Shown one piece after another: positions 36,393-47,468 of a stretch of 64,000 bases of DNA (within the stretch, counting starts at the first letter, position 1; each line of letters opens with the position of its first letter). The stretch is from positions 16,832,645 to 16,896,644 of the forward strand of contig OZ316893.1 of the NCBI GenBank assembly GCA_973895155.1, written 5' to 3'. A program made the translations under genes and the position numbers. Below the pieces are notes generated by a model. That model did not search any database and was not told where the DNA came from. It saw only the letters and a list, made by a program, of their open reading frames with translations. Source of the DNA: Marsupella aquatica (Eukaryota; Plantae; Marchantiophyta).

Positions 36393-39300
36393 TCTTTTCA
36401 TCCCATTCTTGTTCTTCCACGGGAACGAACACCGAGTTTTTAGCATATATTCGATGATATTTGCTTTTGATAGCATACGACAGTCTATGACCTTTGACAC
36501 TGTAGAGAAAGCAGCTCTTCCCATGATCAATCGGGGATTCCTTCCGGAATCTTACATCTTGGAGTCCAAATTGGCACCCACTGATGCTGAAGTTGGTGGT
36601 TGCGAGGCAATGGGAAAGGCTTGTCTTGGTGTAGCTGCCATAATGGATAGGAGTCGAGCTCAAAAGCCAAGAGAAGGAGCATTGAAGGACACATCCAAAG
36701 ATGGGTCCCAGTTATCGAGAAAGCCAAGTTAGTCTGTCAATTTTTTGTTACTTTTTATTTTCAAGTCCGAATGTGTGTCAAATATACAGACACTAATGGC
36801 TTTTGTTTCACAGAGAGGAGGAAGGGTGCGGCTTCTGAGAGTTTGAAGAGTGGAGCAGATGATGGTGATGAACCTCAGTCCCCAGATGTCAAAGTTACAA
36901 CAAAGAGCGCAGTGGATTTAGGAAGTATAAAGCATTTGAAACGGAAGCGGAATATCCAGATTCTTTCAGATTTGGACGATGAAGAAGTTTCAGTTGCTCA
37001 AGGTGTTGCTCGGATGTGTGGTTTGAAGATGGATGGGTAGAGACATTTCCTCGCTTGCAGCAATTTGACCGACACTGCAAACTCAATCAGCGTAAATAAA
37101 GTGAGGCCATCTTGGATGGGAGATGGAGATTGATGGATTATTGGGATGTCAAAGAGCGTGAGTGCCCGAACACTATCTTAATTAATGGAAAGCCTTATGC
37201 TGGGATTGGAGCACATTTGGGATTCATTTCTCTTCCAACTAGGCATAGAACACGCGTTACAGACAAAGAGGTCCCGTCTTGGAATGTTTGGAGCGAGAAA
37301 CTGCTGTATTATTTTTTTGGAGTGATGAGACCAATGCTTTCAGATGACGGATATGTTGCTGTGCTGCACAGCTCGAATTTCAATCACATGAGGCAAATAT
37401 TTACGATAGTCGAGAAAAAAACAAATTCAAACATGTTTAGCAATATACCGTTTTGTTGTCTACCCCTTTATGGAGAGCAGATATGGATATTGAGGTAATT
37501 ATCCCTTCAACTTTTGGAGATGTTTTATACTAGCAATGTCGCTAACAAAATGTTAATTTTCCACTCCTCAACATGATCGGTTTACCTATTATTTTTCCAT
37601 TTTTTGATTCAGTTAATGCTAGCGAGCTCGCTAACAAAGTTTTCAATATTTCTAAAGGATTATGGTTCTTTGTTCAGGTGTGCACTCTCATACTGGAAGT
37701 TTTCTGTCGTGTGGAATTTAATGCTAAGATTCCTAAAGACCCAGTGTATGTTCCTTTGACGTCTTCGGAAGATGCAAGACATAAGTCAATGTTGAGTGTT
37801 TGTTACCCTAAGACTGACCCATGTCCAGCAGCGGCTGTTGCTGGATCAAAAAGGCTTTCAATTGGGTTCATGCAAGCCGTGATGGAATTCCTCACAAAGC
37901 CCAAAGACATAGTCCTTGACTGGACTGTGTGTGACGGGAGCTCGTTTTCTGCCGGAGAATACTCCGGGAGGTTTGTTGTCGGTGTTGAGGACAGGGACAT
38001 TCTCCATTCCTGTGCTCAAAAAGGTTTAAACAGTGTTCTTGAGAGGCACTCGAGCAAGGCAAAGATGATTAAGGATCAGGCAGCCAAGGGTAATCAAGAC
38101 GCTGGGTCGGATGATGAGTTCACGATTCCAGGAGATGAACAGGCTGGGCCTTCAAGCGAGAAAGACGAATTCGACCTGGAGTAAAGTACTTGGCCTCGTC
38201 TGATGTCGGACTCCCTATTTGGTTTCTGTTGTTTTCTTCATTTTGTTGCTCTTCGTCAACTGATGCCGGTGGTTGCGTCAGTGATAGGAGGGTGGATTGG
38301 TTTTCTGAGGAGAGATTTCGTCTTCGGAAGGAAGTCCATGAATCCATTGTGGTTACTCCTGAGAAGCCTTTTACTCTTCTGTGCTATGCTGAGACATCGG
38401 CGAAGCAGGTTGATGAAGCTCCTGTGGTCTTGACTTGGAAGCGAAAGGTCTTCGATCAATGAGAGGTGCTCGAAGATATCTGGATTGTTCAAGGTTTATC
38501 GACAATGAGGCGGGGACAGTCCATCAGTATTTAGATGAGTCTGCCGAGTCCACAGAGAGGGAGACCAGTAGCGATCCTAGTAGTAGTGACATATCTGATG
38601 ATTTAGAGGATGAAGTTTATGACCGAACAAGTAGGAATTTGTAGGACTGGATGTATTGGTCGAAGTCGACTCTTACAGTTTTGCTGTGTTGGAGTTTTTG
38701 GCGATCCACACTTTCAATGTAAAGAGGGACCATATTATGATGGAAGTGTCTACTTGTGGTGATCTTTTTTCGAAAAAACAATGTGTGTGGCTCAAGTATG
38801 GAATGGATATGACAATCATGCATGGTTTTTCCTTGTGATTTTCTTTGATTATTGTAAGAGGTGGAAAACTGAGATATTTTGGCATTGTTTTCATGGAATG
38901 TATTAGGACTTCGAAGGCCAAAAATGCCTCTTTAACAATACCGCCTCGCTAGCAAAATCTCCTGTTTCCTCGCACCATACAATTCCTCGATGATTATTGT
39001 CTTCCCTTTATTTGGGTCTCTTGCCTGTGGTATCTTGTCTTCCCAGTTGTGCCCCTTTGTAATATATATTTCCGGAGCGGCCGAGGAAAACCTAATGTAC
39101 TATCCATCAACTCCCGGAAAGCTCTTACTGAGGCCGCTAACGAGGACTGAGTAGCACAACCCAGTGCCGGTGGGTACGGCTCCACTCTCTTGCTGCCGTG
39201 CCACACCAGCCATGTGATCTTCTTCGAGTTCATTTCGACTTCGAATCCAAAGCCGACTTTCAACTTTGAAACCTCTAATTCAAGTGGCAGCAAGTACGCA

Positions 39301-39668
39301 AGCAAAAGGCACCGGTGGAATTAAATCGATGCAGTCAACGCCTGACTTGATCGATATGATGCTGCCAAACGGTGAGCGCATCCGCGCAAATCTGACAGAG
39401 ATACTCTGTGGAATCAATTGCAACTCGGGCATCACCGATTTTTTCAATTAATTTCACAGGTCATTTTTCTGTCAGTGGCATCTTTCCACGTTTGAGAGCA
39501 GTCTATGAGGGTTTGGGCAGTCCACGAGAGCGTTTACAGCGGTGTACATTATTGCTAACCGTTACTCCGTCAGGCCATCTAATATTGTATCTTGTGTAGA
39601 GAAATGACGTTATATCATTTGTAATTCGTCTTGCGAAGGAGTCTTTGAGCTGTCTGCACTCTGCAGAC

Positions 39669-41825
39669 ATGGTTGAAGTTGGTGCTCTGTATCCTCTAAC
39701 CAAGGATGAGGAGATAGACGCGTCGATTCCCTCTTTGCCAATCCGTAAAGGATTGAATGAATTTGGCCGAAATGATTCTGCATTGTTTACTAAGCAAGTA
39801 AGTCGGAAGCACATCTCCATTGATGTATCTCCTAGTGGCACACTTGAGGTCGCCGTCGAGGGTCCGAATCCAATTGTCCTACGCTCTGGTCCCGGTAAGA
39901 AGAAACTGTTCCCCAAAAACAAATGCATTCTTAGGGATGGGGACGTGATTGAGTTCATTCCTCAAGAGCTTCCTTTCAAGTATATTTCAGTCACCGTCTC
40001 TGTTGCTGAAGCAAAGAATCTTTCAGTTATGAGGCCAGTGCTCCTCAACACAAGGAAGGAAGGGGCGCTGTTGTCTGAAGCACACCTCCTGGATGAACTC
40101 TGTCAGAAGAGGAAAAGTCAAGTTAATGAGGACGAGGCACTTGCCCGGCTGTTGCAGGAAGAAGATGAACTCGCTAGGAAGAGGAATTGTCAAGTTGACG
40201 AGGACGAGTCACTTGCTCGGTTGTTGCAAGAAGAAGTGAACACAGCTGCCGCAGGCGCTTTGGGAGAACCCGGTTTCTCAAATACTGGTCTGAAATACAG
40301 TGCAATGCCTGCCATCACGCAGCTCACGGGAGTAGATGTCAAACTTAAAAGATCGAAGATTGAATATCACGGAGGAGGTGGTGCATCGTCCTTTCAATTA
40401 ATGCGCACTCAATGTATCCCAAGGTGGGCGAATAATGGCTGCATTCGTATTCAGGACGTTATTCGGGGTGATATACAGTTGGCAGTCTTGTCTAATTACA
40501 TGGTAGACGTCAATTGGGTGTTGTCAGCATGTCCTTTGTTGCATACCGTTCCGCAAGTGGTTATGATACATGGAGAGGGTGGTCAGTCATTGGAACTGCT
40601 TCAAGCGAGCAAGCCCAAGAATTGGACTTTGTTCAAGCCACCCTTGCGTCTCTCTTATGGCACCCACCACTCAAAAGCTATGTTTCTGGTTTACCCGACA
40701 GGAGTGCGGATTATTGTCCACACAGCCAATTTGATACACGTGGATTGGAATAACAAAACACAGGGCCTATGGATGCAAGACTTTCCTTTGAAAGTCCCCG
40801 TCGGACAGATGAACAGGTCTGATTTTGAAAATGACCTTGTGGAATATCTGGAAGCTTTAGAGTGGCCCGGGTGTACCATGATATTTCCAAATATTGGTGA
40901 AGTTAAAATCAATGCAAATTTCTTTCGAAAGTTCAACTATAGTTCTGCTTCAGTACGACTAGTTGCTTCAGTACCTGGCTATCATCTTAGCCGTGATCTA
41001 ACAAGATGGGGGCATATGAAACTCCGAAAAGTATTGCAGGAGCAATTGTTTGAAGATAAATTCGAAGGTTCACCTGTTGTGTTTCAGTTCTCTTCTCTTG
41101 GATCACTGGATGAAAAATGGGTCCAAGAGCTTACAACTTCAATGTGTGCGGGTTCTACTCTTGAAAAGAAGCCCCTTGGTGTTGGTAAAGTGCAAATAGT
41201 GTGGCCGACAGTGGAGGACGTTCGTTGTTCTCTTGAGGGTTATGCAGCTGGCAATGCAGTTCCGAGTCCAGATAAAAATGTAAAGAAAGAGTTTTTGAGG
41301 AAGTACTGGGCTCGCTGGAAAGCTGAGCATGCTGGTCGCAGTCGAGCTATTCCACATATGAAGTCATATGTTCGATACAAAGGACAGTCTTTAGCCTGGT
41401 TTCTGCTAACCTCCTCAAACCTGAGCAAGGCCGCTTGGGGCTCGCTGCAAAAGAATGGTACACAGATTATGATCAGATCATACGAGCTAGGAGTATGCTT
41501 CTTACCCTCTCTGATATTGAGACCTTCGCTACGGCCTTTCTCTTGCACAGACAATGCGTCATCTGTCACGCAGGGAGGTCCCCGGACATCTCTGGTTCCA
41601 GTAACCGGAAATGATGAAGACAAAGTCCAACAAGGAAAGCTAGTGACTTCATGCCCGGTGATTGGGGCTGACGTGATTTCCACAGAGAACGTTGTCCGCT
41701 TACCAATTCCGTATAGCTTGCCACCTCCTCCTTATGGACCTGACGATGTTCCTTGGTCCTGGGATCGCCAGTACGAAAAACCAGATGTTTATGGAGATGT
41801 CTGGCCATGCAGTGTACAACTCTAA
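39669..41825 (+). CDS. TDP1: Tyrosyl-DNA phosphodiesterase 1 (FHA domain, two ubiquitin-binding-like repeats, Tdp1 catalytic domain); intronless
   Basis: FHA-like FGRND...VSRKH; DEALARLLQEE x2; YGTHHSKAM, HTANL, QFSSLGS, IPHMKSY, SSNLSKAAWG, IRSYELGV. First ATG at 39669; single open frame. Confidence 0.96.
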   Translation: MVEVGALYPLTKDEEIDASIPSLPIRKGLNEFGRNDSALFTKQVSRKHISIDVSPSGTLEVAVEGPNPIVLRSGPGKKKLFPKNKCILRDGDVIEFIPQELPFKYISVTVSVAEAKNLSVMRPVLLNTRKEGALLSEAHLLDELCQKRKSQVNEDEALARLLQEEDELARKRNCQVDEDESLARLLQEEVNTAAAGALGEPGFSNTGLKYSAMPAITQLTGVDVKLKRSKIEYHGGGGASSFQLMRTQCIPRWANNGCIRIQDVIRGDIQLAVLSNYMVDVNWVLSACPLLHTVPQVVMIHGEGGQSLELLQASKPKNWTLFKPPLRLSYGTHHSKAMFLVYPTGVRIIVHTANLIHVDWNNKTQGLWMQDFPLKVPVGQMNRSDFENDLVEYLEALEWPGCTMIFPNIGEVKINANFFRKFNYSSASVRLVASVPGYHLSRDLTRWGHMKLRKVLQEQLFEDKFEGSPVVFQFSSLGSLDEKWVQELTTSMCAGSTLEKKPLGVGKVQIVWPTVEDVRCSLEGYAAGNAVPSPDKNVKKEFLRKYWARWKAEHAGRSRAIPHMKSYVRYKGQSLAWFLLTSSNLSKAAWGSLQKNGTQIMIRSYELGVCFLPSLILRPSLRPFSCTDNASSVTQGGPRTSLVPVTGNDEDKVQQGKLVTSCPVIGADVISTENVVRLPIPYSLPPPPYGPDDVPWSWDRQYEKPDVYGDVWPCSVQL

Positions 41826-43779
41826 TCAGGAATTGTCACACCATGTTCTATCTACAATTTACAAGGGAAACATGCCTGCCACTTTATGGTGCAAACCAGG
41901 CTTTGCAGTGAGGATGTAAACCTTAGAATCTCGACTTGGGACTCTACATGAGAATTAAGGTTATCAGCATGGAATGGTTACATCACAGTTTCGGCCCTGG
42001 TTTGACATTACTTGTACGCAGATGGGAGCCAATTGCAATCTGTTGGACACTGGGCATCTAATCTGTTACAAATTCCGACGACCTTGGACGAATTCTCTAC
42101 CTGCTTCGAATCCTGTCACTAACCCAAAATTGTGACACTGAGTGTGTACTCATGGTTGTGCTTCTGTTGAGGTTTCTCATGCACCAGCACAAAAGTGGAA
42201 TCCGCGAATTACAGCGAAGGAGGTTACTTCTGTTTGTACCTGCAAGCGTAGAGGCGGGGTGAAAATCCGCAGTGGACGATGATGCTTCCTCACATTTCTC
42301 TATGTCGTGGCAAGTAACATAAATGTTGGCTCTTTACTTGCTGAGGTCTCAGCAGACTTTTGCTTGTCCGTTCTGTGAACTGGTGGCTGATCCAGTCGCA
42401 AAGGAGCTGCGTCCTTATCCTGAGGAGCCTGAGACTTTTGCAAAGGCCGCATCTCCACTACTTCCAACCTTTTTCCTTTAAAACTACTTCCAACCTTTTT
42501 GAATAAAACAATTTCTGAATCGGAGTGGGACACGAATGGGGCTCATTTTATAATAAATTTTGATTTCCGAGGTCACTTTAAGCGGTTTGACTGACAGCTA
42601 ATCACAACTGCAGTCTTTCCCTCTGATGAAAGGTGTGTAGATAATGCGGTGGTAAGTAATATCATAAACTGTGTAGTTTACATCTTTAAGCCAGAAATTT
42701 TCAAAGCTCCTACAGCTTTGTGCATGAGGCAATGGTTGTTTCCAACTGGGTTGATAGTGCGTTCATCACTTACCGGAGAATCCATCACATGACACTCCTT
42801 TCGCCAGAAGCGAAGATTGCTAGAAGAGTTAGCTGTACAGTTTGTAGATGCATGGGACAGATGCGGAATACATCTGTGAGGGACCATCTTCTGATCTGTA
42901 GACTATAATTGTATTTTAGCCTCAACTGGCTCTAAAGTAATGCTTGACCATATGATGTAAGATAGATACCCGCTAGTTGAATTGTATTGGCTACTAGGAA
43001 ATATCCGGTTCCTTAGTTAAAATGAAGATACACGCTGGTGGGCTACCCTTTGTAGACAGATAGTTTGTTCAGAAATTACCGCGGATTGGAAATAAGTAGT
43101 CTCGCGGATGATGAAAGAGAGAGGATAAAGTTATAAAGGTGATCCTGCCAGAACTCTGACTTGGATCACATAGCTGACTTTTGGAAAGGTTAAAAAAAAT
43201 ACGAATAGAACTCTTTGATCAGAGTGATCACGTGTTTGGTTAGAGTGTATGGGACTCCTCCTGGAGTGAGTTGGCCTCAAACCACCACTGGCCATATAAA
43301 AAGTGTCTAAGATTCCTTCCTTTTTCACATGTTTCTCCTCTACTTTGTGAGACTTTGCTCCACAATTTCAAGAAAAATACTAAATAGTAAGATATGTGGA
43401 ACCAGGTTTTTGTCATTATTACTGGCTCTTTTAAGAAAGGTCCAAGGGTTGCATGCCAAACGGCTTTCATTTAGAAAAGTCTCTGAGTAGTGGAGGGATT
43501 TACAAAGCTTTGGGCATTGGCCCAAAACTTGTCCGAAAAACAGGCTCGAGGGCTGCCTGCCAAACAGCTTTCATTTCTGAGAAAGGAGGGATTGACAAAG
43601 CTTTGGGCACTGACCAAAAACTCTCCTAAAAACAAGCCCGAGAGCTGCCTGTGGCTTTCATTTGGGAAGTCTCCTGATAGACGGATTTACACAACTTCAG
43701 GTACAGACAAAACAAATTTTAAAAATTAGGAAATGACATGGACATTCTATCAGGTGCATTCTCTCTGTACGGATGTTTT

Positions 43780-43950
43780 TTTGCATCGTCCAAATAGTTT
43801 CTTGTAAACATCCTCATGAGACAGTTGTCAAGTGCATTCTATCTATACAGAATTTCCTTCTGCTTTTTTGCATCGTCCGAATAGTTTCTTGTAAACATCC
43901 TCATGAGACAGTTGTCAAGTGCATTCTATCTGTACAGGATTTCCTTCTGC
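43780..43950 (+). repeat. 87-bp tandem duplication with degenerate related copies to ~44260
   Basis: GCATCGTCCRAATAGTTTCTTGTAAACATCCTCATGAG at 43783 and 43870. Confidence 0.8.
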
Positions 43951-44779
43951 TTTGTCCCAGCAGTTTCTCCCTGTAAAAACCCTCCATTATCCAGTGGTCG
44001 TCTGGTTTGGCCCAAACAGTTTCTCCCAGCACACATCCCCAAACCAATTTTTGGATAGTCTTAAAGTAGACAATGCAAATAGTTCAGGTTGTCAGGTGCA
44101 TCCAATATGTACAGAACTTTCCTTTTGCTATGTCCCAGTATTTTCTCCTTGTAAACATCCTTCATTTTCCAGTGCTATCTTGCTTTGGCCTAAACAGTTT
44201 CTCCCTGTTCACATCCTCCGTTTTCCAAGCAAATTGTTGGACAATCTTAAAGTAGACAATGCAATTCAATCATGGACCCCTGCCTTATGTATGCTTAAAA
44301 GCTTGTAAGAAAGTTAATATTACTTAATCCGCTGTCCCTGGAAGTGGAACCTGGTGGATCCAGGTTACACTATATATTCAGTTAAGTTCTTAACATACTA
44401 AAAAGAACACTAATTTGTCCTGAAGCATGATTGAGGGACAATGGCAATTTAAGTACTAGAAGTGAACAAAATTGGATTCCTGAACAATTCTCTCTAAAGA
44501 GACAATCTTCCAAACTTCATCATTCATATATCATGGCTCATCTTGTTGAGAAAGGATTGGACATCACGATATCACATGGAACCAATGACTGTACAACATA
44601 CAGTCAACACTCACACAAAGATGCATAGTTCCCTCGGTCTGGGTTACATCCACGGTCGAGAAACAAATATTATACACAAACACCTTACATCTGTCAGAGT
44701 CTAGTAAGCTAATAAGCTGCTAGTATATGAGCATTCCTCTTCTCTCTCTCCCCAGCCTCCAGCTCCTGAAGACTGATCT

Positions 44780-45340
44780 CCAGTATGAGCACAATAAGTG
44801 CTCCTCCAGGGTATAGGCTCTCTCCACTAGTCTAACCTCAACAACCTCTAATTGTGGTAACCTAAGCATGCTCCTGGACCAGTGAACCTTACCAGCTGCT
44901 AGAGTTAGTACTCCAAGTTGCAAGTCAAGATGCAAGAATTGGAGATAGCCAGTGTGCAGGTTGAAACATGCAGGGGCGAGCATCACCGGCTTAAAGCAAG
45001 GTTACTAGCAACATTTGAGGAGCTAGCCAAGCTGCAAAGGGACAATGAGAAGCTCAGCCCACAACTGGTGTGGGTTCCCAAGCACAATTGGAGGTCTACA
45101 TCTAGAGTATGCAGGACTTAAGGCAATGAAGAAGGACTTGAAGGCAATGAAGGAGGCCTTGAAATGGCAATTGAGTGACGCAATGTACTCAATAATGTAC
45201 TATTATAAGGCACTAAGAAAGCCATTGACATTGCAGATGAGGAAAAGGAGGCACTGAAAAAGGAACTTAAGGAAGCCAAGCAAAAGATTGAGAACTTGAA
45301 CTCAAGGCAAGAGGTGCGCAAAATGAATTTCATCAATTAT
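44780..45340 (+). pseudogene. Frameshifted coiled-coil coding relic
   Basis: Heptad-like E/K/L-rich peptides across shifting frames (ELAKLQRDNEKL, KELKEAKQKIENL); family not identified. Confidence 0.3.
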
Positions 45341-45691
45341 CAATCATTTGGCCCTAAACTTTGGCGGCTGAGATTGGCGCAATCTTTGTCAATCACCTTG
45401 CACTAAAGTCTGGTGAACCTCAACTACCCTTGCCAAGATGGGCGTACAGAAAATTAATCAAAAATCGCCTGAAAGTAAATTATTTTTTTGGTTCTTTCCA
45501 TATACCACATTTGTACACTTTTGACACCTGGTAATCTTGGCTGATCTTGCCAAGATTGACATCCGTAGTATAAAATGCAATGTAGGCAAAACAAATTATT
45601 GTTTTTGCCCAACATCTCAGCAGCCTCTATGAGATAATGTGATGACTGATGGACTTGACTAATACCTAATGGTATTGTTATATCTGAAGGG

Positions 45692-46384
45692 TGTTGGAAA
45701 CCGTCAGCTCAGACTAGGCAGCAATGCGGACAATGAGAATGCACACAATCTCATACTACACCTACAAGACACCAATGATGGAGAAACTCTTGAAGGATCC
45801 ATAGCTCATGAGAAAGAACATGTGAAGAATGAGGGAGAGAATGCTCTCCCTCCAACCTATACCCCGCAAGGGGGACTAAGATGTGTGGGCCTAAGTAAGT
45901 GGATTTTATCTTAAACTAACCAAGGGTCAACTAACCCTAGTAAGGCCAAACTGACTAAAGTCGGGAACTTGAGTTAATTCCTAACAATCTCCACCTTGAC
46001 TCCAATTCACACAATGAGTCAAGTGATACACAATATGTAACTAAGTAGCATATCTACATAGTCTCCGGTTTGGCCCTAACATTAATAATATCCACACAAT
46101 GACTAAAGCTACTAGTAGGTAAAACTTTGGTAAGCATGTCTATCACATTCTCCTCTAAAGCCACCTTCTCCAGAAACATTTGCTTCATCTCAATCACCTC
46201 ACGGATGAAGTGATAACAAATATCAATGTGCTTTGTCCTAGCATGGAACACAGGGTTCTTAGCCAGATGCAAAGCACGTTGACTGTCACACAGCAGCACT
46301 GGTCTTTTAGGTGAAAGACCCAGATTACTCATCAATCTCCGTAGCCAGATCAGCTCCTTGGTTGTCTCATAAGCAGCCATGTAC
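45692..46384 (-). mobile_element. Ty1/Copia 3' end: RNase H C-terminus, PPT and 295-bp LTR (45692-45986), cut by the CACTA insertion
   Basis: YMAAYETTKELIWL...CDSQ...NPVFHARTKHID...DMLTK (46054-46384); PPT GTCAAGGTGGAGAT; LTR with TGTT...AACA termini. Confidence 0.9.
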
Positions 46385-47150
46385 CACTAGTAGAAAACAA
46401 TGTATTTTATGACCAAAACAATGACTATTAATCAGGTCTTTTTAACAAAACAATGACGCAATTGTTCTTGTCTTTCCAGACACGTCACAACGGACATTTT
46501 GGTCACGGTCCTTTTGGACAAATGACGCTAAAAACATGTGGTCATTTCATACTATCCTAAATGACCGTTTTTATGATATGGTCATAAATGTTGAACGGTC
46601 CAAAATGACGACACAAATCACCATCGACGGTCAATTGCCGTTGACCGTCGATGGTCCCCGTACCCAATCACACAACGACACATGGCAATAAAAAAACAAA
46701 TAACATTGGTCATTTTGGACTTGTCCAAAATGACGTACATTATATAACAAATCAAATAGTGACACGTGGTTCAAAGAGGATTCACCATTTGGCAATATAT
46801 TTGGGTCATTTTGGACGTGTCCAAAATGACTACAGTATAAACAAGTCATATTGAGACACGTGGTTCAATTGGGAGAAGACACGTAAAGATACACATTAGT
46901 CATTAATGACATGTCTTGAATGACATAAAGTGAGTCATAGTGGACTTGTTTATAATGACCATGAGAAAGGTCATTGTATATGTCATTCTTTGAATCATTT
47001 AGTCTATGTCTTTAATGACCAGAGTTGAGTCATATTGGTCACAAAGATAGTTGTGAATAATGACCATTACATCAGTCATTCTAGCCAGTCATTTAGTCAT
47101 TCAAGCCAGTCATTCAGACGAAGTATTCAATGATTTGGAGAAATTCAAAT
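46385..47150. repeat. CACTA TIR and ATGAC/GTCAT-rich subterminal region
   Basis: CACTAG terminus followed by many ATGAC/GTCAT motifs in both orientations. Confidence 0.85.
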
Positions 47151-47468
47151 TTAAGTGATCATGATAGATAAAACTTGATGTCAATCAAAAATCATATATT
47201 ACAAAGCCATTCAATAGAGTTGCTAAATGAAAACTTAAAGAAACATTCGATATATATCACAAATCCAATTGATATTCATACAAGATACCTTCATAAGTCT
47301 CACGGTAAATATTGAACTCAATGCAAATTTATGAAACAAAATTACATTAACATCAATAATATTAGATTGTCAATTGTTACAACCTGACATACCAATCACT
47401 CTGCATGTTTATAGAAAAACAGAGTTGTCATTCTATCATGTCTATTGTTTCTTGATAGAGTGCTATTT

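Larger units (their letters stand above)
32496..38184 (+). pseudogene. Spliced gene: N-terminal ParB/Srx-like domain and C-terminal beta-class N6A/N4C DNA-methyltransferase-like fold; disrupted, interrupted by a retroelement insertion
   Basis: FCVFDGNHQLYSW (ParB DGxHR-like); TILINGKPYAG (DPPY-like), RPMLSDDGYV, FLTKPKDIVLDWTVCDGSSFSAGEYSGRFVVGVE (SAM-binding DPFxGSGT...GRxxIGxE-like); GT-AG introns 36728-36813 and 37495-37677, donor at 33200. That the two halves are one gene is inferred. Confidence 0.6.
26276..38953. mobile_element. Large MULE 'B' (degenerate): transposase plus divergent ParB-like/methyltransferase-like gene; extent defined by the GCTAGC-N6-GCTAGC motif
   Basis: Transposase homologous to MULE-A; motif copies from 26276 to 38953 and not as full sites elsewhere; termini and TSD not identified. 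Confidence 0.65.

Noticed and set aside
32547-38184. Bacterial or phage contamination as source of the ParB/methyltransferase-like sequence
   Set aside because: It has spliceosomal introns with a branch point, plant-like decay and is contiguous with plant transposons.
38190-38650. Short acidic ORFs with an RFIDNEA motif
   Set aside because: Fragmented and no family recognised; may be another decayed MULE-B cargo but cannot be supported.
42300-42533. 77-aa minus-strand ORF after TDP1
   Set aside because: No recognisable domain or splice context.
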